A stretch of DNA of 60,451 nucleotides, counting the filler, from Sphacelaria rigidula (lineage: Eukaryota), in the NCBI GenBank assembly GCA_964200075.2. It is 8 parts of 8 records of this genome, joined end to end, with 100 filler letters (N's around TTAATTAATTAA, not from the genome) between each part and the next. Parts side by side here need not be neighbours in the genome. Positions count along the whole stretch, not along the records: positions 37,848 to 45,315 come from CAXNAA020014788.1; positions 45,416 to 52,883 come from CAXNAA020014789.1; 6 more parts are not named here. The stretch is one strand, 5' to 3'. The notes under the pieces are model-generated. The model made no database searches, had not been told where the DNA came from, and saw only the letters and a program-made list of their open reading frames with translations. Positions 37,848 through 49,890 of the stretch are shown here, piece by piece. Positions within the stretch are counted from its first letter, which is position 1; each line of letters opens with the position of its first letter. The position numbers were made by a program, and so were the translations under genes.

Positions 37848-38830
37848 AAAGAGCTTCCGGGAGAACTTCCTGATGCACACCCACGCTGCTCTGCTTCGGT
37901 TCTTGATTTCTTGATTGAGTTCGCCCTCTTCGTTGACGAGCCCGCCTAAGTATCGGAAACTACTTTTCTTGGCGTATTTCTGGCCCGCTGCTTCGATGAT
38001 CAGCGGTGGGGGAGATGGTGTTGGTGACTCCCCCTTCTTCGGTGCTTGCCTCGGCACTCGCACGAAGAGAGTCTCCGTCTTCTTCTCCGATACGGTCAGT
38101 CCAAAGTCCCCAAACACGTCCACTATGATGGTCATCATCCTCGCCAGTCCGTCGGGGGATCTCGAGATGACGCCGGCATCGTCGGCGTACAGCATTCCCC
38201 ACACCGCTGTGCATACACGTTCCAGCGGTGTCTCCGCCTCCCTCCCCTCCTCATCGAGATATACCATGTCCTTGATGATGATGGTATCCTCGCTGGATCG
38301 CACGAGGACTATCTCGAGCACTGCCGCAAAGAAAATGTTGAACAGCAGGGGATACAGTACACATCCTTGTCGCAGTCCCTCTGTGACTTCAAACCACCCC
38401 GAGAGCTCCCCGTCGTCCATGCGTACGCGGGCCTGCATACAGCAATTGGCGGATAACTGCTATTATGTCATCCGGAATGCCAGCTCGGGCCAGTACTTTC
38501 CACAAAATCTCTCGGTCGACCGATTCACATGCCTTCTGGAGGTCGACAAAGCATATGTACATCGGTATTCTCCGCCGCCGTCCCGGTCGGTCGGTCAGAA
38601 TACGAATACCGATGTATGTCGACAATCGGTCGGTCAGGTCGGAATCCGCACTGTTCCTCCGGTAATATCCCGTGAGTTTTGCAGTAGTCGCTGAGGCGGT
38701 TGGTCACTATCTTGAGGAGCACTTTCCCTGCGTGTGATACCAGAGAAACCCCCTGTAGTTATTGCAGTTGGACCGGTCTGATTTCTTGTACGGCACCTTG
38801 ATGGTTGCATCTTTCTACTCCTGCGGGACC
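37848..38830 (-). mobile_element. Decayed non-LTR retrotransposon (RTE-like LINE), reverse transcriptase region
   Basis: [53 protein letters not shown] motifs; stops and frameshifts; cut by the contig end. Confidence 0.92.
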
Positions 38831-40544
38831 TCTGTTACGGATCGCGGCGTGATGCGGTGGAAAGGGGACAGTGCAATGATGGGCCGTTGATTCGGAACGA
38901 AGATACGCGCCCGGAGGGCTGATCGCAGGAACTGGCTAGTACCTGCGGTCAGGGGTGAGGATGTTAAGTAATCCGTCAAGATACGGAGTGCATAAAAACA
39001 TGCCTCTTACATCTGGTTGAATCCGATTCCTTCTAAGAATCGGTGCAACGCTAAGATGACCCTGGTGTTCAGAACGATCTCTCGAGAAGACGCTGGCTAT
39101 CAACACCACCAAGGAACAAAAGAAATCGAATCACCTGAAGCTGTGAACAAGGATATCCTAACGATCGACGTGTACTGTACTGCGTTGGACTGTCTCTCCA
39201 CGCGCTGTGAACTTACGATTGTTACAAGATCGACGGTGAGACGGTTTGGAGTTTGAATACCGTAGTCCTGCAGATGTAAAATGATCGGCCTGTAGTAAAT
39301 AAATGAACATGAACGAACTTGTGCACAAATGAATGGCAGTCAAATAATAAGTAGAATGAAAGGTCCCACATGAAACAGTGAAATTCCGTACTCGTTGACC
39401 GAAGTTTTGTTGTTGGCCTGGTTCAGTAATCAACCTGCACTGTAGAGTTAAGCAAATATTGACAACCACTGGAGACTGTCGTTTACTTGTATCATGGCGC
39501 TTCCCACCGGGACTATTGTGTTCGATCATATCATCGGCGGTGCAACGCAAGCCAGGAGAGATAAAATGTTCAGGAAAGATGTTCACCGGGATATTCAATT
39601 TTCTCATTAATAAAAGAGAGCAAAAATGTGCGTCTTCACCACCTCGCCATAAGTTAGCAAGGACATCAGGTGACAAAACGAATAATCATCCATCATGATG
39701 TGCGCTGGATGATGCGCGCTGGGAGCGACGCACTCGTGCTCACGCTTACGACGGCACAAAGGTAATCAAGCGACGGAGACCGCTACAGTGGTTTGCCCGC
39801 GCTTGGGGTAAAGTGAAGAAACGCGATCAGTCGAGTCAAAAATAATCAATGTACGCTTGACCATGACGGTACCCCGCAAAAATAACTGCGAGATACAATG
39901 CTGCTCAGGCGGGAATTTACGTTGGTCATGCGTACTGCTGTAATGAGTGGAGCTGGTAAATGCACCGCCCATGACGCACGCCAGTGGGCACATACCCACA
40001 TAAATAACAATATGATCTCGGGATATGGTATGTCTACTGAAACTCAATCGAAGAACGGAACATGAAGTGATACATGAGCTGAGACTACGAGATGAACCTC
40101 AAGACTAAAGCCCATTCGGGTGTGCTCGCGCCGCTTGAAGATGCGTGTCCACAACGTTAGCGTAGCGATATTGCTCTCAGCCTGACTGGGAAGGGAGGTG
40201 CAGTTATTACTGCCATGCTTTACGCACGTATCTTGAGGCAGATGAAACGGATGCGCGCTCAAAACAACGATACGGTAGCACGGAAGGCGGCACAAAAATG
40301 AGATTTTGTCAAGAAGAGTTGATATCAGCGCCGCACCCGCTCCAGGCTTACTACACAACCTGCGCGTAGGGGGCTATGAGCGAGTCCTGTGCGCGATGCA
40401 TTTAGGTAAAGTAAAGCGTCGTGCCGCCCACGCAGTTCGATTCGATGCTCTTACAAGTTCAGAGTCAGAATCTTCAGCTATTCTGGATTGAGCAGGAAGC
40501 GCGGAGTTGATGTCGGAAGGCATAAGTCTCTACACGTTGTATCC

Positions 40545-40970
40545 GTTAAATACAACAGCTGCACGCACGATTTTTGACGCGAGATACAGCTGGCAGGAGC
40601 GATGTAGCGCTGTATGCACCCATTATGTTGCACACTATATTGTTACACGTGAAGCCGCCCCGGTTAAATGCACTATGCCCCACATGATTACCGTCCGCTA
40701 ATACGCGATACTGGCACAGGGGGTCGGTGTTACATCAAATATTGCCAGAAATTATTGGCACCGCCCGTTGTCTCCTTTAAATGCAACACAGCCGCGCGCA
40801 CGATTTTGATGCGTGATACAGCTGGCAGGAACAACGTGGCGCTGGCTACACCCATGAGCAAAAATTTTATTGTGGTACGTAAACGCCGCACCGGTTAAAC
40901 GAATCACGCATCACCGAATTCTTGTCCGTTAATGCGCGACACTGGCCCAAGACGGTCGGTGTTACCTCGA
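40545..40970 (+). repeat. Diverged tandem duplication, unit about 231 bp
   Basis: CGCACGATTTT...GATACAGCTGGCAGGA...GGTCGGTGTTAC occurs twice. Confidence 0.75.
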
Positions 40971-41599
40971 ACGTCATCAGATTTAGTGACAGCGATGGGG
41001 CGGAAAACGGAAGCAATCAGGGGGGTATTCACAGCGAGCAACTGCTGATGTGAGCTGTTGATTGGGAGTAATGAACGCCGATTCGTGCGTTACACACCAA
41101 GCCGATGCTGCTGTTACACCCTCCCGTTTGGTTTCAGCGGAGAAATCGAGATGCCGCACCTCGCTTCATGCTTTGAGTGACACGAGTGCTAGTTCAAGCA
41201 AGAGCCGGATCCAGTGGCTTGTATTGTTCAGGCAGGTACTTCATGAGGGTGCTTGGATCTTATACTGCTGCACCGGTTGTCAAATCCACCCCACCCAACA
41301 GCTGCGGCGCGCTGGGTGATAGCCGCGCGATGCAGCTTCTAGGAGCAACGTTGTGTTTACTTGAGCCATCATGTTACGGTTATGGTGAGATACCTCTGAA
41401 TCTGCTACAGCGCTCGAACGAATCAGGGATCACGGGAAACGCTGAAACAAAAATGAGGGTATCTTCACCGGTACGGTTAAACTATTCCGAAATGAGGGAT
41501 GGTGATATCAAACTGATCCTTTCTGCAGACTACACTGACTGTCACAACTACAGTACAGCACAGGTGCCCAACGCACGGCACTAGAACGTTGTTCGTCTC

Positions 41600-42790
41600 A
41601 CCGAGTATGAAAGAGTCCACATACCCACGAAGTTTCAACAGAAGTGCAGACAGGACTGCGCGCGACTAAGATGGGTTGGTAGGGACGCACACGAAGACAG
41701 TATCGCTGCTCATGCAATCCAAAACAGTGTTCGCGATTCGTGAACGCAACGCAACAGAACGGACAGGAAAAGCGTCGACACCTGAGGGAGCTTGAAAAGC
41801 TTTTCGCTGAGATAGTAGGGAAACAAGATATGTTCCATGGTATATTGCTCAGGCTGATTGTGGAGGGGTCTTCAAATTGAAGCCAATGCCAAGTGAACAT
41901 TCCACTATAGCCGCGCTTCTTTACATTCACTTGGGCAGGAAGGTTGACATGAGAGGCGAGCTTCACACGCTAATTTATTAAGCAGATTCGGGCCCGGTAC
42001 ATCCTCAGTATGCCGAATTGTGTACACCAAACGGTCAGATCTCTGCCAATTTCCCCTACACTTGCATCTGGGCAAACTGACTATGTACGCAGGACCACAC
42101 CCATGTAATCACATGATATTTGAGTGACTGAGCTGTATTGAAACGCACTGAAATGCAATACCGCTGCTTCTGTGTTCTTGTATGCCATAACTGCTGTACG
42201 CCCGAGTTCTGCTGTGTAATGCAGCTGCTCAGTTTACTGTAGGCTCTGATTTCATCGTGTGATGACACAACGCCATGCTTGCTTCATAGCTGTGACAGGT
42301 CAAATCTTGTCGTGTAGACCTGAATGAGTAGAGTCACGGTGGATATTATGATTGCACGGCTCTCCACACTGCTTTGCTAAATAATTCCATGCAACAGCTG
42401 CTGTGTGCTTTCTGCTGTGTGATGCAGCTGAAAGGAGCAACTCAACACGATTTTGCAGTTTGATACAGCTGAAATGGAACCACGCTATCCTGCTCCACAT
42501 GTACTCAAACTCGACAAGACCCGCTGGATGAACAAAATCGCTTGTGTCTCCGAACATTGGGTTGGGTGTCACCCTTCGGTTTTTCCACATGCTACCGTTT
42601 ATTTATTTGTGATGCTGTTACAATATGGCTATACGGGATGGCGGTACTGACCGTTTTACAGCCTGCACCATCTCCTCGATGAAACCGTTGACTTTGTACT
42701 CAGTCTAACAGTGCATGAGTAGGGTGCTTTCGATCTGGGAACAAAACTGTTCCGAATCACCATCGGATATCAAATATCGGACTGTATATA
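41600..42790 (-). pseudogene. Possible decayed Mutator/Phantom-like transposase
   Basis: VRYLISDGDS at about 42754-42783 resembles the DGDS catalytic motif; many stops; the extent given is approximate. Confidence 0.3.
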
Positions 42791-43089
42791 TATACTATGG
42801 GAAAACACGAGGTAGTGATGGCCGTGTCGCCTGACTCTACTGAACGCGATATCAACCAGCAGATGGAAGTTAACGAACTGCCTGTGGAAGAAATACACAG
42901 GAGCTATCGAGATGTTGTCGGCTACAATTAGTACCGAGTACATACAGCATAATATATATACTTTTAGCGCGAACCACTTGCTAGAGTATCTCATGCATGA
43001 CCACGTATGCAACGGTGAAAGAATGTCGTTTTACTCTATGCTTTGCAAATTCACGAAACTGCTTGTGTGACCGTAACACCATACTGGCT

Positions 43090-43905
43090 GTACATACATG
43101 CTACAAGGCACGATACCATGTGAGCCGACTCGTCGTGAACGGAAATTGCGAAGCTTGAATCAACATGGGGTATTTACCCTACCCCGGTCAGGGGGGGAGC
43201 AGATCATTGATGCGTTAAATGTGTGCTATTGTCATGGAAATTGAATGTCACTTCAACGTGGTTCCCCGTGGTTGATAGTTTTGCCCTTGGTGGATAGCTC
43301 CAAAGGGTATGGGCGAGTCATACATGCTTGAGAACTTCGGGGCTATGTTATGTCTGCTCCGATTTTGAAGAAATCATACCCAATCATGTGCTTTGACTTT
43401 ACTTCACGACTTTCAATACATGGGTGATTGTTTCCGTGTGCACCTAATAACCGCACCTCGTACATGACCGTGTATACAACTGACAGAGAATGACATTGTT
43501 AGGCTGACGTCCGCTAATGCACGGAAATCTGTCTGTCTAACCGTAATGTCATACTGTGTGCATACATGCCACCAGGCACGGGACCGATTAGCCGTGAACA
43601 TAAATTGCGAGGCTTGAATGAACGAAACATGGAGGTATTCACCCTACCCCCTGGTCAGGGGGGGCAAATCATTAATGCTCGAAATGCTATTTTGTCATGG
43701 AAAATGGATGAAATCTCTACGTGGTACCCCTGTTTGATCGTTTGCACCTTTGGTAGATATCTTCAAAGAGTAGAAACGAGCCATGTATGCGTAAAACGAA
43801 TGGAGAGTTATGTGAAGTTGTTTCGATTCTAAGAGATGAAACCCAACCATGTACGTCTAGCTTATACTTCGACTGCGAATACGTGGGTGGGTGTTTCCAG
43901 GTACA
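43090..43905 (+). repeat. Diverged tandem duplication, unit about 460 bp
   Basis: AAATTGCGA.GCTTGAAT...ACCCTACCCC..GGTCAGGGGGG...TGTCATGGAAA occurs twice. Confidence 0.75.
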
Positions 43906-44890
43906 CTGTTGGACATGCCATTATTAGATTAATATTACCCGCAGCGGTGAGTCACAGGACTGCATGAAGCCTGCAACAGTTACTCGTTAAAAATATTGTT
44001 GGTGCCCGCCTGCCGATTTCTATGTAGCTACTCATTAGTGTGACAGTCAACCCAGATCCACAACGATTAAGCGGCTATGAGTGAAGCTGCATGCTAATGT
44101 GTTTGCACGAGGCCACCAGACGGACACTACACTATCTTCCGTTGTCTATCTACTCTGCGTCTATCGGCAATCCAATTCCAACGCGGTTTGTCTGTCCGTG
44201 TATGCTATGACTACCATCAGACAAGGCTGCATTCGTCTGGGCAGGGCTTCTGGTCCTGAGGGGTCTACGGATTCCACACATTCTTTCGCCGGAATATATC
44301 GAACAGATACCGACCAGGCGGTTGGCTGGTACTGAACAACGTAAGTAATAAAAGCATGGAGGCCCGACAACGTGCGAATAAATTGGGGAATGCGTGTGAG
44401 TCCGGAGTATGCGTGCGTTATACAATAGGCTCACCCACGAGCAGGCAGGAAATCACTACACACAGGGAGATGAAGGAGAACGAAGACCTGAGATAACAAG
44501 ACCGTGCCTAGCCGAACAGGTTATTGGAGCCATATTTTCCCCCGCGTGCCCTTGCAGGTTAACAGGAGGCCGGAAATTGGAGGATTATTCCCCATGAAAG
44601 GGAAATCTGAGCCGAATGCCCACACGAACCTGTCATGTGATCAAATTTGCTGCCATGTTCTCCTGTTTCCCTGTTCCACCCCTGTTCGTCTTCCCTCGGT
44701 GATGTCCACGCTCATATCACGAGGAAAAATTGATGCTGTCAGTTTACCCCATCGTGTCTTCTCACCGTTGATGAGTTGAGAACGTTCCCAACCCCATTTC
44801 GCCAGGAACATTTAAGCAGGAGTAAGGCACTGCGTTACTAATATGAAGTACGTTTAACCGGTGTTATGATACCCATGGCATATACGTGCA

Positions 44891-45315
44891 GGTTATCGTT
44901 CCAAGTACAAGTACAGCATAGCCAACGCGAAGACCCAGCGAAAACAAAATGAGTGGAAATCCTCTAAACCCGCAAGCTCAACCGTTCTACCCAGCTGGAT
45001 CAGCTCAACAGTTTCAACAGCCTCCAGTGCAAGCCGCACCGCAGCAGCAACCTGTCGTCCCTGTTCAATAACAACAGGACGCACCCTTCCACACGGCAGA
45101 AGGTTGCTGCACCTCCTCAGCAGCATCAATCTTTTGTGCGTCCGCCATTGCAGCAGTTTTTCTGCACCACGACGATAACAGCAGTATTTTTGCACCTTTG
45201 CAAGAAAATGCCGCTGAAGCGCCGCAAATGAATTTGTTTAGTGCTCCTGACCAACGGTTTGCACGACCGATCTTTCCTCCATTTTTCTTCAGCTCCGGGA
45301 CTACCCCTCCTTCGA
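44891..45315 (+). mobile_element. Possible Ty1/copia internal 5' region (PBS-like site plus decayed Pro/Gln-rich gag start)
   Basis: CA|GGTTAT at 44889-44896, then ATG 44949 MSGNPLNPQAQPFYP...; stop at 45069 and frameshifts; no LTR identified. Confidence 0.4.
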
Positions 45316-45730
45316 NNNNNNNNNNNNNNNNNNNNNNNNNNNNNNNNNNNNNNNNNNNNTTAATTAATTAANNNNNNNNNNNNNNNNNNNNNNNNNNNNN
45401 NNNNNNNNNNNNNNNCTAGGGATTGATTCGTCACGAGTCGACTCATCATACTAAAACCAAGTAATTTTCACGAATCATTATTTGTTCGACCCTTGATTGA
45501 TTTTCCCGAAATGACGTATCTGACCCTCATGGCGCCCGAGCATAAGAGCCTGCCACAGGCCAGTTGGGGTGTGTGTGAGAGAGAAATCAGAAACTTGTGG
45601 AGACCTTCTCGACATGCGGAGTGAAAAGAGATACCTATGGTGGTGACCTAACTGTTGCTAGCGCGGTGCAGAGGGGTGCGTCAGCTTCAAACTGGAGCTT
45701 TCGTTGCTCTACTCTACTTACTTTCGTCTG

Positions 45731-46868
45731 GGCGCGACCTATTTGCAGGTGGGGTATGCAAATAAGAGCGTACAGGTCGCGAACGCCTCCAAACCCAACC
45801 CAAGATAAACCCGATTTCAAATCGAAATGCCGGGCATACGAAACAACGGTCAGTCGCACTCCACAGCAGTCCACAGCAGGGTAGTAAATAAAACATCTTG
45901 TCGTAGGGCAGAAGACCGCACACGCCTGTGGCGATGAGCTCTCTGCTCGATATTGACGAGAAAACAGTCGTCTTGGCTTCTTGGCCAGCCAAGCACCGCG
46001 CATGCTCGGTTGTGTGAATGCTCTGACGACACAGACTGTACACAGTATGCATCAGCTGCTTGTCGTCGAGAATACCGTCATATCACACTGTTGTTGTTGC
46101 ACTGCTGTTGTACAAGACAACACGCTGTCTGTACACTGTGTGTGTGTACTGTGCAGGCTATCCAATTGGCAGTACGAGTAGTGGGAGTATTCCTGTATCG
46201 CACCACTTATCAACTGCGTTCAGAGCACTATAGGCCCTGTACAGTGGTACTCCTGTACTACTGCTGTTGTCTGTCGTCCGCTGTACATACGAGTGTACAG
46301 TCCACACAGCAGACAGTAGACAACGGTACTTGTAGTACAATGATGGTGTGATTTCACAAGTTTTCCGACTTGCGGGTAAACGATCATGTATAGTACTCAA
46401 AGCATCCAAAGGCCGTCATCTGCGCGGGCACACTGTATTCCTGCGCATGGACTGCGGCGGGTGCGAACGGTTGTCATGACGCAATGCACACTCTCATGTT
46501 GACAGGACCACACTTGAACACCCAGCTAATATCATGTTGTCCATGCCGCAGCAACGATCAACTATCAACATATTTTTGTTATTCAAGAACTTGGCTTGAA
46601 GAAGTGCTCCAAGAAAAAACGATTGATTTTTACGATTCCCAGTAGTATGGAGCAAAGAACTCATCGCCGCCTACGTTTACAGCATCCTGCCCTACAACAA
46701 GAGAAATATGTTCGGTCTTACAGCCCTGCTGTGCGCTACTGTGGAGTATGCCTGTTGCTTCGTGTGCTCATCAGCATTCGAAATTGATTTTGTCGTGGAA
46801 TTGTTTCTGGAAGCGTTCGCGACCTGTACGCTCTTATTTGCATACCCCACCTACAAATAGGTCGCGCC
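45731..46868. mobile_element. 1.1-kb non-autonomous TIR element
   Basis: GGCGCGACCTATTTGCAGGTGGGGTATGCAAATAAGAGCGTACAGGTCGCGAACGC and its near-perfect inverse at 46812-46868; weaker pairing continues about 200 bp inward. Confidence 0.85.
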
Positions 46869-48573
46869 TTCCGCCTGCACAGCGTATGCCGAGAGGTCAC
46901 ACACCGTAACAACATGTTATTATGTACCCAAATTCGTAACAGCTACTGTATGAAAACAAAACAGTTCGGTTTTCGAAACTACGTCCAGATCATCGAAATG
47001 GCGCTTCTTACCCTTGGGTGTAACCCTATCTGAAAAGTTCAATCGGTAGATTTTGACCGCACCATGCTCAGCATTGAAGTTCTTCGACCGCACCGTGCTC
47101 AACATCGAAAAATATTTCCTTGCTCAAGGGTTCGAACCCTATAACTTGGCTTTTGTCAAGATATCGGTTGACCTCGACCTTGCACAGACTGATGCTGCTG
47201 GTAAAAATAGCGGCAAATGATGTCGTCGTGAACACATTCACGACCACCCTCACACATCGGGATTGTCAACGTACGTACGATTACGAGATCGGGGTACACG
47301 TTATCGTGAAACGTACATCTGGGGTATGAAAATGCATCTCTAGGATACACATCTTGGAGATCAGGTCGATCTGGAATATCCATTGGGATGTGAACGGTCC
47401 TCTGGGATGTTGACGCCCATGTAGGATGTGGGCATCCCGGATGGACCTCCGAGACGGGCATCTCAGGTAGACATCCCAGATTGATATCTAAATGCCAGAT
47501 GGACATTCCAGATAGATTTCCATATCTCAGCAGCATGTTCCAGATGAATGTGATGTTATCCAAGATGTATAACACCGGTGGATGTTGCGTCGTAGTGACC
47601 TCGACCCGCTTCTCCAAACGAATCTTCTTGTGCTTGGCTGTGCTTGACGTGCGGTCGATCTGCTATTTGCCGACATGCTTGCATCGTTCGGCAACCGTGG
47701 GAAAAGACAACATAAATATGCTGTGTGTGGACACCCGGCCCTTTCTGACAGGGGCGATGGCTGCGAATGCAGTTTGGGCGGTGGATGTAAATAGGCCGTC
47801 ACTCCCCCAAGATCCTCGGGCTAGACCATCTCAACGCGATGCAGAACTGAAGGAAGCCCGGAAGGTCTACCAATGGAGCACTGAGGTGAGACGCTGGGAG
47901 ACGCTGGGTGGACATATTTCCCCGAATGAAGCGCGACAATGGAGATCAACCCAGCATGGTTTCCATTCGCGGTTTCACTTTCGCAGTTATCGTTGAGGTT
48001 GCTCTTACCGTTCGTGGTGCTGCTGATGTTATTGCTGCCGTTGCTGCTGAAGTTGTTCGCCACTGCTGCCGGTGCTGGTGCAAGTGCCGGTACCGGTGCT
48101 GGTGCAAGTGCCGGTACCGGTGCAGTTGCTGCTGCTGCTGATGCTGCTGCTGTGTCTTTCGTGGTATCGAAGAATCCCGTTTGCAGCTACATTGATGCTA
48201 GGGTAGGGGTGCACAAATATTTCCTGGGGTCAGAAGTGTCAGGAGCCCTTTACCTAATCCAAAACACAACTTCTGCAATATGTGAAAGTACGCCAGGATT
48301 ACCTCTCCAATGTGCTTGGGATATCCTGAAGGGATTTGCAAACGGGGATGCCCTGACTCATATTCTTGTGCATCTAGAATCTTCAGGAGCCCCTGAACCA
48401 GACGTTGCTTGTGCCTTACTATGCTGTGGAAACTAGCGACCAAGAGGGCTACCGTATGGCCGAAGTGGCGCCTGGAACAGTACGCAAATTCGCTGTTGGC
48501 ATCGGTTGCCATACCCTCTTTTCACTTAGAGCAGTGTCGGCCGGCTGTTGTAGTGTGATGAAAGTATGGATAT

Positions 48574-49016
48574 AAAAGTCGATCATCGAAATGGAGGATG
48601 GATCTTTTTATTGAGAGTGAGAACCCGGAGGATTCAAATCTTCGAATTCACACCAAATCTTCGAAACACGGTTCCATTCACTCAGCTACTGGTAGCTATG
48701 GACAAGTGCTACACGCCCTACAAATTTGGATTTCGATAACCCACATGTTGGGGTCCTAGGTGAAGAAACAAGTGTGAGGAATTTAGGTGATCCAATCGGG
48801 TCGCCGAAATTCCCCGAAATTGGTTTTTCACCTAGGACCCAGCATTTCGGTAATCGAAACCACAATTTGTATGATGTATAGTACTTGTCAATAGCTACAA
48901 GTAGGTGAAGGAATGTAGTCATATCTCGAAGGTTTGGTGTGGGTACAAATATTTTAATCCTCCGGGTTCTCATTTTAAATGAAAAGCTCCATCCTCAATT
49001 TCCATGATCGGCTGTT
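48574..49016. mobile_element. Long-TIR MITE with consensus AACAGCCGATC termini; related copies at 7401-7470 and 50150-50480
   Basis: About 200-bp inverted arms (GAGAACCCGGAGGATT / AATCCTCCGGGTTCTC); flanks ATAT/ATGT. Confidence 0.85.
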
Positions 49017-49811
49017 ATGTATAGGCAGTACGATGGAACGTCGATGTTATTTGTAATTTATTTGGTTGCATACCGAAGTACGATACATCTTGCTACGATT
49101 TGAGTGCACGCGAATGGCGACCGTTTGTAAACGTATTCTGACCGCCTGATCAAGTACAAAGCAAATACACATCCATAAATTGACCCACCTGGTGTTCGGG
49201 AGAATATGCAATGCAATTGTGTCTTATGGTCAGGTAGTGGATACGTTGCCATATTCCGTCGAAGTAGATCAAACGTGTAGTTCGTGAGAATGTTTTCGTT
49301 GTCCCGGAGCACCATTCTCAGGAATGCTCGCCTACATCGGAGGTTCCATGATGATGCAGGGCGTGAACTCTCCCTTCCAGACATTGCTCTGCTGCGCTTT
49401 ATCGTGTGTATACTTCAGCCTTGAGGAGTGACGCAAGTGGGCCGTACAACCACCATGAATCCGCGGCTAGTCGAAAGATAGCAAGCCACCAGGCTCTATT
49501 CGAACATAGCTGGTAATTCGCAAACATGTCATGAATATACCGCAATGCTTGAATATCTGCACTTGTTCACATTGGCTGGAAGGGCTGCATCCATGTCACT
49601 TTTTTTCTACTTTCTCACATGATAGCGTGTTCCACCTCCCGCCGCCCCCCCCCCGACCCCTTCCAACCGCTGAATAAAGCGTATTCCTGCGGGCGCTCCG
49701 TCCCTGAAAGGATTTCCCCCTTCGGAAGAGTTACCCGGGAAGGCTTGGACTACACAGATACTCTCCTCGTTGCACAAGATTATTCTCGGCACCATCGGGT
49801 AAGTACGTGCA

Positions 49812-49831
49812 GTATTATTATTATTATTATT

Positions 49832-49876
<45 letters not shown>

Positions 49877-49890
49877 ACTACTGTTATTAT
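49812..49890. repeat. Compound microsatellite (ATT)n(GTT)n
   Basis: Direct inspection. Confidence 0.95.

Noticed and set aside
38834..39226. Possible solo LTR (TGTTAC...GTTACA) abutting the LINE
   Set aside because: No matching TSD, PBS or polypurine tract; cannot be supported
47821..48512. Ala/Pro/Gly-rich ORFs around an 18-bp tandem repeat
   Set aside because: Low complexity with stops in the protein-like frame; no assignable product
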